Below the pieces are notes generated by a model. It saw only the letters and a program-made list of their open reading frames with translations. It searched no databases and had not been told where the DNA came from. Below are positions 13,755 through 27,295 of a stretch of DNA of 64,000 bases, piece after piece. This DNA comes from Octopus vulgaris (taxonomy: Eukaryota). A program made the translations under genes and the position numbers. Location of the stretch: positions 8,246,001-8,310,000 of the forward strand of contig OX597825.1 in assembly GCA_951406725.2 (NCBI GenBank), written 5' to 3'. How positions within the stretch are numbered: the stretch's first letter is position 1; every line of letters begins with the position of its first letter.

Positions 13755-14683
13755 CATATACACACGCGCACACGCGAGTGTATATACATATAGATACATG
13801 TGTACGTCACAGTTTATAAACAATCAATCACTAGCCACTGATTGGTATACGAGTGTGAGATAGGGGAAGAGATCGGTGGGGAATGCAATGTGAGTATGCA
13901 GTGTAGACAGTGTGAGCGTATGCGATGAAGGAATGTGTGTATATGTATTTGAATCTGCTTGGTGATATGCGTTTGTGCATAAAAAAGCATGTACGCGTGT
14001 AAACATGAAAGTACGGATGTATGAATATCTATGATGAACAAAGATGAAAGCTATTTCGTGTAAAAAATTAACTTCTACATTAAGCAATTCATCAGATAGA
14101 TACATCAGGAAATGGAGAAACTCAATTCCTGTCTCTTGCTAGAAACCATTTTCCTCATTATTGTTTAGATTCAAATCATGATAATGCAGGGTTAGAAACA
14201 ATTTCGTTCTTGCTTACATATGGAACGGATATTTTGGAACCATCCTACACAAGTTTGTTTCAGAAGAAAATGGACTTTACTCATATTGCTAAGGATGAAC
14301 TACGCGAGGAAAAACTGGTGTGTTTTGAATTTTGCTAAATATTACAGACATAAATCAAGTGCGTTGTATTAAAAATCTTGTGTATCCTAGCTAAATTATA
14401 AAATTAATCTGAATAGAAAATAGATCAACGCCATTATAATGAATATAGAGAAGCGGTGGAGATTATAAATTTCACTTATGTAACAATTTTTCTGTCAGTT
14501 CCAGTCGTTGGTGATGAAATCAATAATTCTTTTTTTAATTGCAAAGCTAATGTATGTGTGTACGTATAGATGTGTGCTAATTGAAAATAAACAATCGTGT
14601 CTGATGTATTTACAGCATCACTAATTATATTAGTCAAACCAAACATTATTATATATGTATGCGTGTTTCTCTCTCTCTCTCTC

Positions 14684-14748
<65 letters not shown>

Positions 14749-14806
14749 TATGTGTGTATATATATATGCATATATATACATATATATATTTATATATGTA
14801 TATACT

Positions 14807-14841
<35 letters not shown>

Positions 14842-15544
14842 TCACAGACACATATATGTCTTTAATTTTTTAAACTATTTGAATTCTTCCCATAGAGTTG
14901 GAACTGGTTTCTTACAAACAAACTCGGCTCCGTTACTGAAATTTAAAATAGCACTATGTTTATGTGTGAGATTTTGACCTTTCAAAACATCTTTCAGACT
15001 TTTATGATTCCGCTTACAGAGTGTGTTTGCATTTTAGAGATGATTACTCTTTTGCTTGAAAAATCACGGGTTGACGCTTAGGGATTTAACGATGTAGCAA
15101 TAGAAACCATTATGTATACAGTTATAAATATCAATTTAAAAGAATAAACTGGTTGGAGACGATTTCGAGTTTGAATCTGTAAAGTGTAAAAATATATATT
15201 TTTATCGTTGATTGGAAAGAAATTCGTCTCCAAGACACAGCGTCTCTGCAAAGCTATACAATCGTAATGTAATCTTTTTCTATGTTTAACGGTTCGAAAC
15301 AAATATAATGTCAGTCAATATTGGTGCGAGCATTGATGGAAAATATCATAAGTATTTTCTACATTTACTCAGGGGCAGACAACCAAACACTGATTCAGCT
15401 ACAATGACGTGATCTTGGAATATAATGAGTTAGTAACAGTTTTTTTTTTTTGGTTACTACTGATGAGACGTCCGTTGGTCTATTATCGTATTACAAACAC
15501 GGTCTTTTCGTGTAATCATGTTTCCGTGTACTTATGTATATGAA

Positions 15545-15845
15545 AGCGCGTTGCTTAGTGGTTAGCGTGATCTGCCCCCGATCCTAAGATTGGGAGTTCA
15601 GTTCCCGGTGGTGCGTTGTGTTCTTGAGCAAGACACTTTATTTTACGTGTTCCAGTCCATTCCGCTGGCAAAAATTTCAAAGAACAAGTCTTATCACATT
15701 CGATGTCACGTTGAATTTCTCTGAGAACAGCGTTAAGGGTACGAGTGACTGCGGAAGACTCAGCCACTTGTGTGCTAATTTCAGGATCAGGCTGTTCCGT
15801 TAACCGGATCAAATGAAACCCTCGTAGTTGTAACCGTTTGACGAC
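15545..15845 (+). mobile_element. tRNA-derived SINE with group C tail (diverged)
   Basis: A-box-like GCTTAGTGGTTAG and B-box-like GAGTTCAGTTCC; tail GTTAAGGGTAC...CTCAGCCACTT...CAGGCTGTTCCG...ACCCTCGT...GTAACCG shared with 19871-20250. Confidence 0.75.
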
Positions 15846-16351
15846 TAGTAATTCATGTATGTATGTTTGTATGTATTTATCTCAGTATATAGATATATTT
15901 ATTTTTCAAATTACTCCCCAATACTGATATAGCTAGTTTCTAACACAGACCAAACATTAATTCCTAGGATATTCTATTATATCTACTTAATAACCACGTG
16001 TACAACTTTTGATGGATCTCTGTAGATTTCAATAATTAGCTTTTCAATTATTTAATCAACTAATTATTTAATTGCTCATTGAATTTTTATATGATTGGCA
16101 GAAGATCCCATAATCCCGGAAATGCTTACCGTAAGTGTATAGACGAACCAGCGCGAAACAGTACATGGCATAATTGCGCCTATGAATTACAAGTATTACC
16201 CGGCTGATGTGGTTGGAGAACCATATAGTTTCAGTCCACACGAATTGACCCGTGTTCATGGAAAATATCTTGTACCAAAAATGACATTCAGTGGGATCGT
16301 AACAACGACATCACAGTCCCAAAGAAAACATATTACTCAAACAGGGATACA

Positions 16352-16396
<45 letters not shown>

Positions 16397-16980
16397 ATAT
16401 TAGGGAGTGAATTTAATTTAATATATAAATATATAGTGAATTTATAATAAAGGAGAACAGAGATATATATGAAGTTTTATTCAGCAGTTAAATACTTCTT
16501 TTCTATAACTACACACGTTTCTGCAGCAACTATTGCACACTGCAAAATTTATTTGTATATTTAAGTGTACTTATTGTTAATTGTTTTCAGGATGGTGTCA
16601 ACTGGATTGATCCGATAGAACCTAAATTAAATACAAGTCGAGCAGAAATGCACGTGGTGCTGTCATTGTTCCAAAAATAGCACCAACGGATCTTAACATT
16701 TTCAACTCCGCTGGTTTCAAACAAGCTGACTAGAGGTCCAAAGAATTTTAATAGTCTGCAGCCACAGACCATCCTGAAAGGTCGAGTAGTAGTATTAATG
16801 ATTACTATCAGGTTAAAGTAGGTATGTTTATAACCGTCAAAAACGACTACGGCACTCACTTCGATTCTGTATCCCTACCATTCAATATGTGTGTGTGTGT
16901 GTGTGTGTGTGCGTGTTTTCGTGCGGGCGTGTGTGTATGTGTGTTGATATAAATAAATATATATTCACATAAATGTATAT

Positions 16981-17211
16981 ATTTCTTTATTGCCCACAAG
17001 GGGCTAAACACAAAGGGGACAAACAAGGACAGGCAAACGGATAAAGTCGATTACATCGACCCCAGTGCGAAACTGGTACTTTATTTATCGACCCCGAAAG
17101 GATGAAATGCAAAGTCGACCTCGGCGGAATTTGAACTCAGAACGTAACGGGAGACGAAATACCGCTAAGCATTTCATCCGGCGCGCTAACGTGTCTGCCA
17201 GCTCGCCGCCT
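16981..17211 (-). mobile_element. Full-length group B tRNA-derived SINE with 17-bp TSD
   Basis: Minus strand GGCGGCGAGCTGGCAGA...GAGTTCAAATTCCGCCGAGGTCGACTTTGC...GGGGTCGATAAATAAAGTACCAG...AATAAAGAAAT; TATATTCACATAAATGT at 16960-16976 and 17212-17228. Confidence 0.92.
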
Positions 17212-17800
17212 TATATTCACATAAATGTCTACAAAAGTAACATTAGACTTTCTTGTAAAAACAAAATTTTGACAAATACTAACATATTTGATGTTTCAGG
17301 CTGGACAACTTTATGAAGTATACAGTATTACACTTACGCATGCATGCATGCATGTATATGTGTGTCTATGCTTGCATGTTCATATCCATTTATTTCTGTA
17401 TGTATGTATGTTTGTATGCCTTAATTCGTTTATAATATGTATTCTTGCTGTTTGAAACAAGTAGATTTCTAACATAGAGACAAAGCTGTATCTCGAAAAA
17501 TTTAGATACCAAGTAAAAGGCAACATTTTAGAAAATTCTAGAATGTATTTACGCACATCTAGTGTTTCATTTACATTTTGTAATCTATAAATTCTATTTT
17601 ATTCCGTCGCATAATTTGCCTGGAATCTTCATCGTTTCAAGATAATCACTAAGACTTAAATATCCTAATTAAATGAAGTAAGCTACGATACGCCGACACA
17701 ATTATACAACCTCTGAACGTAAGATACATTCTGCGCTTTGAAATATTTTAGCGACAGTATTCTCTCTTCTGTTGACTTTAAATTACATGTTCACAAGTAA

Positions 17801-18110
17801 AGGAGCGTGGTTTAGTGGTTAGTGTATTCGTCTATGATTGCGAGGTCATAAGTTCGATTCCTGAGTCCATGTTGTATCCTTGATCAATGCTCTGTGTTTT
17901 GCGTTACCCCAGTCCATTCAGCTGGCAAAAATGAGTAGCATCTGTATTGCAAAGAGCCTGCCTTCTTATTGGGTCACGCTGTATATGACTAAGAACCACG
18001 TTAAGGGTACGTGTGTTTGTGTGTGCTCAGCAACTTCCACGTTAATTTCACGAGTAGGCTGTACCATTGAGTAGATAAATAGGAACCTTCATCGCGGTAT
18101 CTCAAGGGGT
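17801..18110 (+). mobile_element. tRNA-derived SINE with group C tail (diverged)
   Basis: GGAGCGTGGTTTAGTGGTTAG (A box) and AGTTCGATTCC (B box); tail CGTTAAGGGTAC...GCTCAGC...CGTTAATTTCACGAG. Confidence 0.75.
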
Positions 18111-18242
18111 AACAAATATCGTGATTAACTGTACCATGCAAATCGTACAGTCACGTAGTCTCAGCAAGATACCAGGCTTATCCATATTTCAGTCCTCAGT
18201 AGGTGGTAATTATCCTGACATTTCCGCAATAATTGTATAAAG

Positions 18243-18281
<39 letters not shown>

Positions 18282-18284
18282 GAC

Positions 18285-18342
<58 letters not shown>

Positions 18343-18601
18343 ACAATTGCAAAGTGGAAGGTGTTTATAACGCATTTAAGAAACATACAAAAACCGTTAG
18401 ATCCACTTCAACATTTAAATTTAATTTGCCAAAACATTTTCGTCGATTTGGACTGCGACCTGTTCACTGACAAAATTCCGTGCTGCGGCACGGTATTTTG
18501 TGTGTTTCTTAAATGGCTTATAAACACCTTCCACGCTGCAATTGTTCTCGTTCCATCATACGATCTCAGATCAGGTCACTTGCTATGGAAGTACATCTCC
18601 G

Positions 18602-18604
<3 letters not shown>
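18343..18604. mobile_element. Fold-back (inverted-arm) short element carrying a hammerhead-like motif, probably Penelope pLTR-derived
   Basis: Arms ACAATTGC..GTGGAAGGTGTTTATAA..CATTTAAGAAACA / TGTTTCTTAAATGGCTTATAAACACCTTCCACGCTGCAATTGT; central CCGTGCTGCGGCACGG; same family as 40075-40358; lies between (GATA)n and (TA)n. Confidence 0.8.
18425..18474 (-). ncRNA. Type I hammerhead-like motif, G3-C8 core variant
   Basis: Minus strand TTTGTCA-GTGAACA-G-GTCG(CAGTCCAAAT)CGAC-GAAA-ATGT-T-T-TGGCAAA: 7-bp stem I (one G.U), 4-bp stem II, near-palindromic stem III AATGTT. Confidence 0.65.
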
Positions 18605-18684
<80 letters not shown>

Positions 18685-18692
18685 CGTATATA

Positions 18693-18911
18693 CAGGTTTG
18701 ACCAGAAGTCAAAATTTCATAAATACTATTTGTAATTCTGTATTGACTCGAATAGAAAGATGCATCGCTCAAAAAGGACTTCAGTTTTTATTGAACAAGA
18801 TTCATGGTGTTTCATATTAGATGCTTTTATTAAATTCATTCGGTTGTTAAACAAATAAATCTCAGGATTAAATGGTTTTGATTTACTGTCCGGTGATTTG
18901 GGCCAACCCTG
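18693..18911. mobile_element. Tc1/mariner-type MITE
   Basis: TA|CAGGTTTGACCAGAAGTCA ... TGATTTGGGCCAACCCTG|TA: imperfect TIRs starting CAGG with TA flanks, 219 bp, no ORF. Confidence 0.65.
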
Positions 18912-18919
18912 TACATATA

Positions 18920-18962
<43 letters not shown>

Positions 18963-19870
18963 AGTGTGTGTGTGTGCGTATGTATATGTGTGTGTGTATA
19001 AATATACATACATACATGCATACATGCATACATGCATACATACATACATACATGCATACATACATACATACATACATACATACATACATACATACATACA
19101 TACATACATACATACATGCATACATACATACATACATGCATGCATACATACATATTGAGTTATGTATTTTCAAGTACAGATCAAATATTTGTTTTGTTGT
19201 CTGAAACAATAGGACTCCTGATTGCCATTTGTATTCTTAGGTTTCACCAATAATCTTTTAATCTATTGATTTCTGACAGCTCACGTTGTTTTTTTTTTAA
19301 ATTTTGTCTTTTCTTAATCTCTTCTAGATTACCGTTTCTCACATATCATATCTTAAGGGAAGCTGGTATGTAGAGGGAATTCTCTTACAGTTGGAAATCC
19401 TTTAGTTTAGATTTTGCATAATTTACATTCGTGTTTTTTTTTAATGCTGTCATTCATTTATGTAGCAGATATCTTGCTTTTGACGTCTTTCGTAGTCTTT
19501 GTTTCTTGTTATTTGTTTTTGCCTCAAATAATCACGTTCCAACTATTTAGTGAAGCAACGAATTTTTCATTTGTGTCGTAGTGAGTTAAGGAATTCTTCC
19601 TATATCGTTTGTATCATTTTATGTAATTCTTTAAGATCATTAATTATCCAAATGACTATTATATTCCGAGATTGCAATCAAGAATGAAATAGTTACTGAA
19701 ATGATAGAATATTTACTTACAGTTATTATGACTAGTGTCTGCTGTGTCTTTGAGTTACCACGAATATAATTTATATACTGTGTTGTTGTATTCATTTCTT
19801 GCTCTCATTTTATTTATAAATGAAACTATTATAACAGACATTGTTATCTTGTATATGAGACATACACGAG

Positions 19871-20250
19871 TGGAGGCGCAATGGCCCATTGGTTAGGGCA
19901 GCAAACTCGCGGGCGTAGGATCGCGGTTTCGATTCCCAGGCCGGGCGTTGTGAGTGTTTATTGAGCGAAAACACCTAAAGCTCCACGAGGCTCCGGCAGA
20001 GATGGTGGTGATCCCTGCTGTACTCTTTCACCGCAACTTTCTCTCACTCTTACTTCCTGTTTCTGTTGTACCTGTATTTCAAAGGGCCGGCCTTGTCACT
20101 CACTGTGTCACGCTGAATATCCCCGAGAACTACGGTAAGCGTACACGTGTCTGTGGAGTGCTCAGCCACTTACACGTTAATTTCACGAGCAGGCTGTTCC
20201 GTTGATTCGGATCAACCCGAACCCTCGTCGTCGTAACCGACGGAGTGCTT
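19871..20250 (+). mobile_element. Full-length group C tRNA-derived SINE
   Basis: TGGAGGCGCAATGGCCCATTGGTTAGG (A box) and GGTTTCGATTCCC (B box); tail ...CCCTCGTCGTCGTAACCGACGGAGTGC; possible diverged TSD TATGAGACATACA / TATGGGACATGCA. Confidence 0.85.
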
Positions 20251-21898
20251 CCTCCTATGGGACATGCAAATGAATGTCGTGCTACGAAACCATTTATGCA
20301 TCATCCAGTGGGGGCAGGAGAAAGTTTGCCGCATCATAGTACTGAAAAAGGGCCTTTGGCCTCACTAAACTTTATTACAATATATGTATGACATCTACGT
20401 ATTTATATGTTTGGGATTTTAAGTATGAATGGTCGTCTGTAGTCTATGTGCGTATATAAGTTACGCAAATATAGTCAAATGAAAACAGTTGATCTTCACT
20501 AATTTATTGATTAGATTTGTCGGAAATGAATCATTCATTCAAACTCTTTTCTGGAGAACATTAAGTGTTTCCTGGCTCCTACGTAATTCTTGCAAGTGCA
20601 TCTATAACGATCAATATAAATCAGAATTTTTAATGATAATACTCCAGATATAAGTTTTGCAGTAGCGCTCTGCGATCCACATATTTTCTCTCAAAACTGA
20701 TAAGTTGTTCCTTTTATAGAGAATAATTTAAACACCATTGAATTTGTATTGAGCAGAGTTTTCACTTAGATTTTTCTACACATTTTCATATTAAATTATT
20801 GAATTCGTGATCGAACTTTATTTTTGTTTGTAAACATTCTCAGATATATTTATATGTTAATCTCTTCTCACGAACAGAAGAGTACAGTATTTTGGAGGTA
20901 CTTTTTAGGCGATTTGGGTAGAGTATAGAAATAGATGAGTGACATGTCAAAATAGATTTGGTAAAATTCATATTTGTTCTTATTTTTATAGTTCTTATGG
21001 TTGAAGGTGTTTCTTAAGTGATAAAATAGTACTCATGGTTTGGTCTTACAGCTCTAGCTCTACATTCACATTTACCATAGACAACTGCAGTGGGGTTGAT
21101 GTGTTAAAAATGTAGTTATTATTTATGTTTTTTTTTTGTTAACATCGATGTGGATTTCAGCAAGGGTCCACGCCATTACTTTTTATAACAAAATCATTCT
21201 AAATTATGTAAGTATAATCCACTCATAGATAATTTAGAAATAAACAGACGTCACGAGAGTCATACACTTCCGATCTTTATTGAAGTGTGTAAAAATAGAA
21301 AAATGTTTTTCTGCGGATCATTTGAACGTAGAGGGGAAATATTCAGTATCCAAGAATAATGCATGTTCTGCTTTTCTGTTTTACTGCCGAATATCAGTAG
21401 GGTGCGCACTACACGCAGGATTTCACCAATGTCTATCTGTATATCTGTTTTGTAGTCCATTTACATATTTTATAGCGTTCTGTCTAGACACAGCTGACAG
21501 GCAACGATTTTGTTATACGTTTAATATTTAGTGACACCCTTCAATATTTCTATGTTTGCAAGTTTGACGTCAGATGTTCCAGTTAATGTCAAAACATTTA
21601 TAGGAAATTTCCAAGTCAACTATTGAATGTTGCGATCTGTGATGAATGTTCAATTACAAATAAGATCAAAAGAATAGGTTACTGCTTAAAACTATTCTGT
21701 GATCTGGGTTTCAAATGTTTTATTTATATATATCTACTGTCTGATAGGTTGAAAGTTGCTTTTTCCTGGAAGTTTTAATGACAGAAATTCTATTGGAGTT
21801 GGTTGATAATACTTTGGTTACTTTTGAAAAGTTCCCTCAGAATTCTGAGTAAAAACCAATCATTCGGAATGACGCTACTGCTGTTATTTGAGTATATT

Positions 21899-21984
21899 TA
21901 TTTCTTTATTGCTCACAAGGGGCTAAACATATAGGGGACAAACAAGGACAGACAAAGAAATTAAGTCAATTACATCGACCCCAG
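21899..21984 (-). mobile_element. Group B SINE 3' tail fragment
   Basis: TATTTCTTTATTGCTCACAAGGGGCTAAAC...ACATCGACCCCAG matches the tail of the 16981 copy. Confidence 0.85.
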
Positions 21985-22164
21985 GGGAATACAAGAGGAA
22001 CAATTAATTATGATTTTCTTCAAAATATTGCCCTCTCAGATTACACAGTTATTACAGCGGTCCTCCAGTTTTTCTAAGACCTGTAAAAGAACGCTGAATT
22101 TTGAGCTTCGAACCAGTCGTTCGCGATACCCTTAAAGCCAGAAACTTTTCAGTAATACCGCGTA
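21985..22164 (-). mobile_element. Mariner-derived non-autonomous element fragment
   Basis: Minus strand starts TACGCGGTATTACTGAAAAGTTTC (mariner-like TIR) and encodes a decayed transposase C-terminus (WFEAQ..FF; GLEKLEDRCNNCV; RGQYFE). Confidence 0.65.
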
Positions 22165-24284
22165 ACATTCTGATAATGATTTCATAACAACTAGTGATAT
22201 TTTGAATGCAGCCGATACACACGTTTCTGTTTTGCGCTATGTATATCAAATGCCTCGATTATGCAAAAATTCCTCAGTGAAGGAGGTTCAATATACCACT
22301 AAATACTAGAATATGTAGACCTGCCTATCGATTACATTTCAATTGTTTGCTTTGCGTATTGAATAAAAAAGCTTTTGAAAATTAAAGGTGTCTATTTTCT
22401 TCCGGCATGCTTGCGTATATGTGTGTGTATGGATCTCTCTCTCTCTCTCTTTATATATATATATATATACCTATATATATTATATTATACATATATTTTA
22501 AAATGTACCTGAAACCTAACACAGAAGCCTAATACGGATTCCTAGCTCCAGCCTGAGCTATGACCAATTATTGCACATTATCAGCGTACCTATTCGTTCT
22601 ACATTACCAGTGAACTAAAATCCTTATATTCTACACACACGCACACAGTTATATTGATTTGCTAAACAGTGTTCTCTACATCTTTTAATCCCCACATGGA
22701 TGCTTGAGTTAATTCCCTCGAAGCACATGCATCGTTCCTGTTTTCAATGATTTCAATTTTGATTAGACATTTAGCCGTGTAAATGACGTAAGCATCCCTT
22801 GATTAGACAGTACTGAAAACGAAAATAACATCTTTATATCTGTCGAATCCTATTTTATATGATTGAGCAATGTATTCATTTGACACTTGAAGAAAATATA
22901 TTCCCACACACACACACACATACATATAAACCAATGAACAAATACCTTTCATTTCAAACACAGTAGCTCTTGCATATGTAAAGATTATAACCTTGTTAAT
23001 TGGTGTTGTTCGAATGCAGTGCGTCTAAATCTTCAATGAGAGAGAAAATAAATTTTAACTGTAAATGTTAGCAAATGTGAAAGGCAAGGGGCGATCATTT
23101 TAACTAATTACTTACACAGAAAATTTAATTAGTATTTTTAGTGTGCGAAACTTGATCTTTGTTAGCAGACATGATGACATCTATGTTATCAAAAGCCAAA
23201 TATATTTTCTTATTTAGTTTTCTGACATTTATACTTTTTAAAATATAGTCGTCTCTGTACAAATGTAAATATGCATTTAGTGTTCACATCGATGTTAATT
23301 CTAGCGTAAATTCGACGAATAAATTTTACTAATTAGGTTTTCTATACTATTTCTCAGGAATGATCTAGTCATATGACATTTCACACATGTCTACCAAATT
23401 CGATAGAATATTATAACTTCATTATGTCTCTGAGAAGTAAGTTATACATTGAAACCCTATATTAACGAGTATTATATATATCAACACGACAACAAAGCCG
23501 AGCTCCGATGTCTGTACCGCGTCGATCAAAAAAGATTATAATTCCTCCATTTATCAGTCAATATCAGAAACTAAACATCACATTTCAATTTAACGCAATT
23601 CTGCTTAATTATTTAATGCCTAACTTCATAACCATATTGCACTCATTTAACTCCAGCTTGACTGAACCGAACCAGGGAAGGTTAATAGCTAAAGGATATT
23701 ATAATTAGTCGATGGCCACTTATGAATCATCGATCTCTCTGCAGGGGATAAGTCAGGTATTGACTCGGCCATAAATCCATAAATATCTGATGATAAGATT
23801 TACCAAAAGTTGAGTGCACGATGGGGAAGCGACATGTCAATACTTGAGAGGAAAAAAGCACAAAAATTAGGTTAGTCGGTTTGCAGTGCCAATACGAACA
23901 CCTTTTATATAACATAATACTTTCTTAAAATCCATCAGAGCACAGGAAAGGATATCGATTTTTTTTTCTATCACGAAACTCATTATCGATTCTCTAATTG
24001 AACAATTCTCTTAGGTTCATTTAGCAGAAATCTAGGGATCATTGAACACATATTTCAGGTTCATTAAGTAAATTTCGCAATATTCTGTACGGTTCGTCTC
24101 CGGTTGAATGAACGCTTAATTGGTTTTGAGGATAAAAAAAATCTGTAAAGCAAAAGAAAAAAAAGTTCAAAATCGCCCATAAAACAAAATCGAACTGCTG
24201 ATAAAATGGGGGAATTTTTAGATTATTATCTGAAAGAAAATCTCATTACATTTTAATCTAAAATACTTTAGAGCGATAAACCCA

Positions 24285-24322
<38 letters not shown>

Positions 24323-24422
24323 TAATAATAATAATAATAATAATGATAATAATAATAATAGATACACAAGATGCAAAATTAATATTCACGCACATGTGCA
24401 TATACGAAGGTGTGTATATATG

Positions 24423-24477
<55 letters not shown>

Positions 24478-24505
24478 CATATGTATGTATGCATTTATCT
24501 ATTTA

Positions 24506-24539
<34 letters not shown>

Positions 24540-24642
24540 TATGTGTGTGTGTGTGTGTATGTGTATATATATATATGCATACATATGTGAATGTGCTTCT
24601 GTGAGTGTATCTATAGATATGTGAATGTATATAATTGTAAAT

Positions 24643-24691
<49 letters not shown>

Positions 24692-24901
24692 CTATGCGCA
24701 TGTGTGTGCATTACTCTTGCCTATTTTTGGCATAAGCACATATAAATGTCTTTACGCAACCTAAATTCAGAACACTGAAGATGGTGATACGTGTTTGTTT
24801 CGATGTTTATATATACGTACTGTACTGCGATAAAATTCATGAGATGTATACACACACGCACACACACACAGAGGCACACACACAAAGGCACCCACACAGA
24901 C

Positions 24902-24935
<34 letters not shown>

Positions 24936-24939
24936 ATGG

Positions 24940-26298
24940 CTCGCCACTTCATTCGACGTTGATATCCCCTCACCACTATCCACACCGCCCTTCCCAGAGC
25001 ACGTTCCGTGGATCGTGCATATGCTATCTCTTCCTGCACCCATCTCACCGTCTCTCTGTTTTCCTTCACATCCCACCCCACCACCCCACCTCTTCAACAC
25101 ACCATTCTCTGGGCCTCCCGGCGACTCCAGTTCGACCTTTCAACTTCACCCATCTTCCCTAACCGACCTCTCCCCTCCTTCAAACGAGCCCACAACATCC
25201 GAGACCTCTTGGTCCACAATTTCTTCTCTAACCTAACGTCCCAACCCGGCTCGTTCCCTTGGCCTCGCTCACGCTGCTGCACTTGCTCTTACCACCCTTC
25301 TCACCGGCACCATCATCGACCCTATCACATCACCGACTCCTTCACCTGCACTTCTACCAATGTAATCTACTGTATTTCCTGCTCTCCCTGCCCTTCTCTA
25401 TACAACGGGCAAACGGGACGCCGCTTGGCCGACCGGCTCGTGGAACGCCTCCGGGGCATCTGACTCGGCAATTACACCCCGGTCTCGCGCCATTTCTACT
25501 CTACCGGTCATTCTTGCAACAACTGCCTTTGTTAGGATTGTCTTTGAGCAGGGGCCTTCCGGACTCCCGTTTGCAACGTGAACATGGATTAATCTCTCTT
25601 CGCTCCTTTGCGCTACATGGGTTTAACCCTCCTCCCATGTTCATCTAACCTCTTCCCCTCTTCATCTAACCTCCTCCCCTCTCATCTCTCCCACCCACCT
25701 TTCTTCAATTGCTCCGACTCCTACTTCGTGTCTTCACTCCTACTCTCCTTTTCCCTTCTTTTTACTCCTACCCACTTTCTCGCTTCCCCCTTCATCGTCA
25801 CCCTTCCCTCGAAACTCCACCCCACCCCTATGCAATCTAACCGCAACTTTCCTATCCATCCCATCACACCACACCACACACCACTACACCATACACCACC
25901 ATACCACACAACACATCACATCACACCAGCACTGACCACTTCCCAGCCCCACATCTACATACCTACACATCCGCACATGCACACGTCAAGGTCACCAGAG
26001 CTCTTCCACACGCACATACATACTCTCTTGTACACACGCACGCGCACCTTCGTTTTGAGATCACCACTACTTTATTAACTCCCTTTCTTCGTAGCTCTCC
26101 TGTGTGACGCGTCATGATAGATCACTAGCCACTACACATTCTTTATGTTCTCTCCTTGTTTCTTTCTGTGTTCTTTTCTGTCGAAGAGTGTAGGCTCCGA
26201 ACGTTAAAGACTTTTTCACTTCCCGAGCGTTAAACTAATACATCTGTTTGTTGTCTACACCACCTGTCTTCGTATTTTGTTTTGTTGTGCATTCTCCC

Positions 26299-26368
<70 letters not shown>

Positions 26369-26600
26369 ATATATATGTTTATATACACCTATGTTGATTC
26401 GCTAGCTTCTGCACGCATTTTTTTCTCTCCTTGTTTCTCTCCGTGTTTCTTTTCTGTGTATCTTTCTGTTGAAGAGCGTAGGCTCAAAACGTAAAATACT
26501 TGTTTTATTTATATTCCTGGGCGCCATACTAATACAATTGTTTGTTTGTTTTCCACCTGCCTTCGTCTTTTGTTTATTTTCATAAAGCTTCCCGTTACAT
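24940..26600 (+). mobile_element. 5'-truncated Penelope-like element (Neptune-type): GIY-YIG endonuclease remnant plus two tandem pseudo-LTRs
   Basis: Within 25008-25463: PSFKRAHNIRDLLVH, Cys-rich linker RCCTC, and FTCTSTNVIYCISCSPCPSLYNGQTGRRLADR (GIY-YIG signature). A C-rich 3' region follows, then related repeats at about 26110-26300 and 26400-26600, each with a hammerhead-like core. Confidence 0.88.
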
Positions 26601-27134
26601 ATATATATATATCCATACACATGTACATGTAAAGATATTCATATATTTATGAATATATGTCTGTATTTGTGTTTGTAAGTGTGTATATGTATGTGTTTGT
26701 GTGTGTACCTGAAACTTTAGAAATCATTCTTATATATGAAATATGTCGACGCACATAAAGACTATTTACACTTTCATTCGTACTTTCGTAGTCTGTTAAC
26801 TCGTATGTCAGGCCAACAACTTGCTATCTTCTTCAAATTCATGAACCATATTATTACCCGTCTTTCAGTATGTGGTATTTATACAGAAAATGAATCCTTG
26901 TTCTCAAGACAATAGGAGGAACAGTGATTCGCATTCATACCCTGAAGAGTGTAAATGCTAGTTTTTCATTGTATTTCTGCCCTCATATTTTTTATATCCT
27001 CTGCAGAAACATCTCAAAAACATACTCAGAGTTTCCCGTTTCTATTTGTCAGACAGTTCTGCTTTCTTTCTTTATATGTATATATATAATCATAATGATA
27101 ATACTAATACTACTACTACTAATAATAATAATAA

Positions 27135-27207
27135 TCAGCGTCCAATAATACTATATTTGTTCCACGTCCTCGCTTTGGTGTGGATATTTGTGCTTTCTTG
27201 TTTGGAT

Positions 27208-27212
<5 letters not shown>
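27135..27212 (+). mobile_element. Probable pLTR tail fragment; same family as 52579-52680 (inverted)
   Basis: AGCGTCCAATAATACTATATTTGTTC...TTTGGATTAACT then (TA)n; reverse complement present at 52579-52656. Confidence 0.6.

Positions 27213-27295
<83 letters not shown>

Noticed and set aside
16480-16600. Minus-strand CTGAAAA...GAAACGTGTGTA hammerhead candidate
   Set aside because: C3-A8 is mismatched and stem I does not pair; at most a decayed pLTR.
18160-18200. Minus-strand CTGAGGA-CT-GAAA
   Set aside because: There is no stem II and no stem I pairing.
19871-19945. tRNA genes at SINE heads (also 31621, 51477, 57159)
   Set aside because: A and B boxes are present, but each continues into a SINE body with no terminator or complete cloverleaf.
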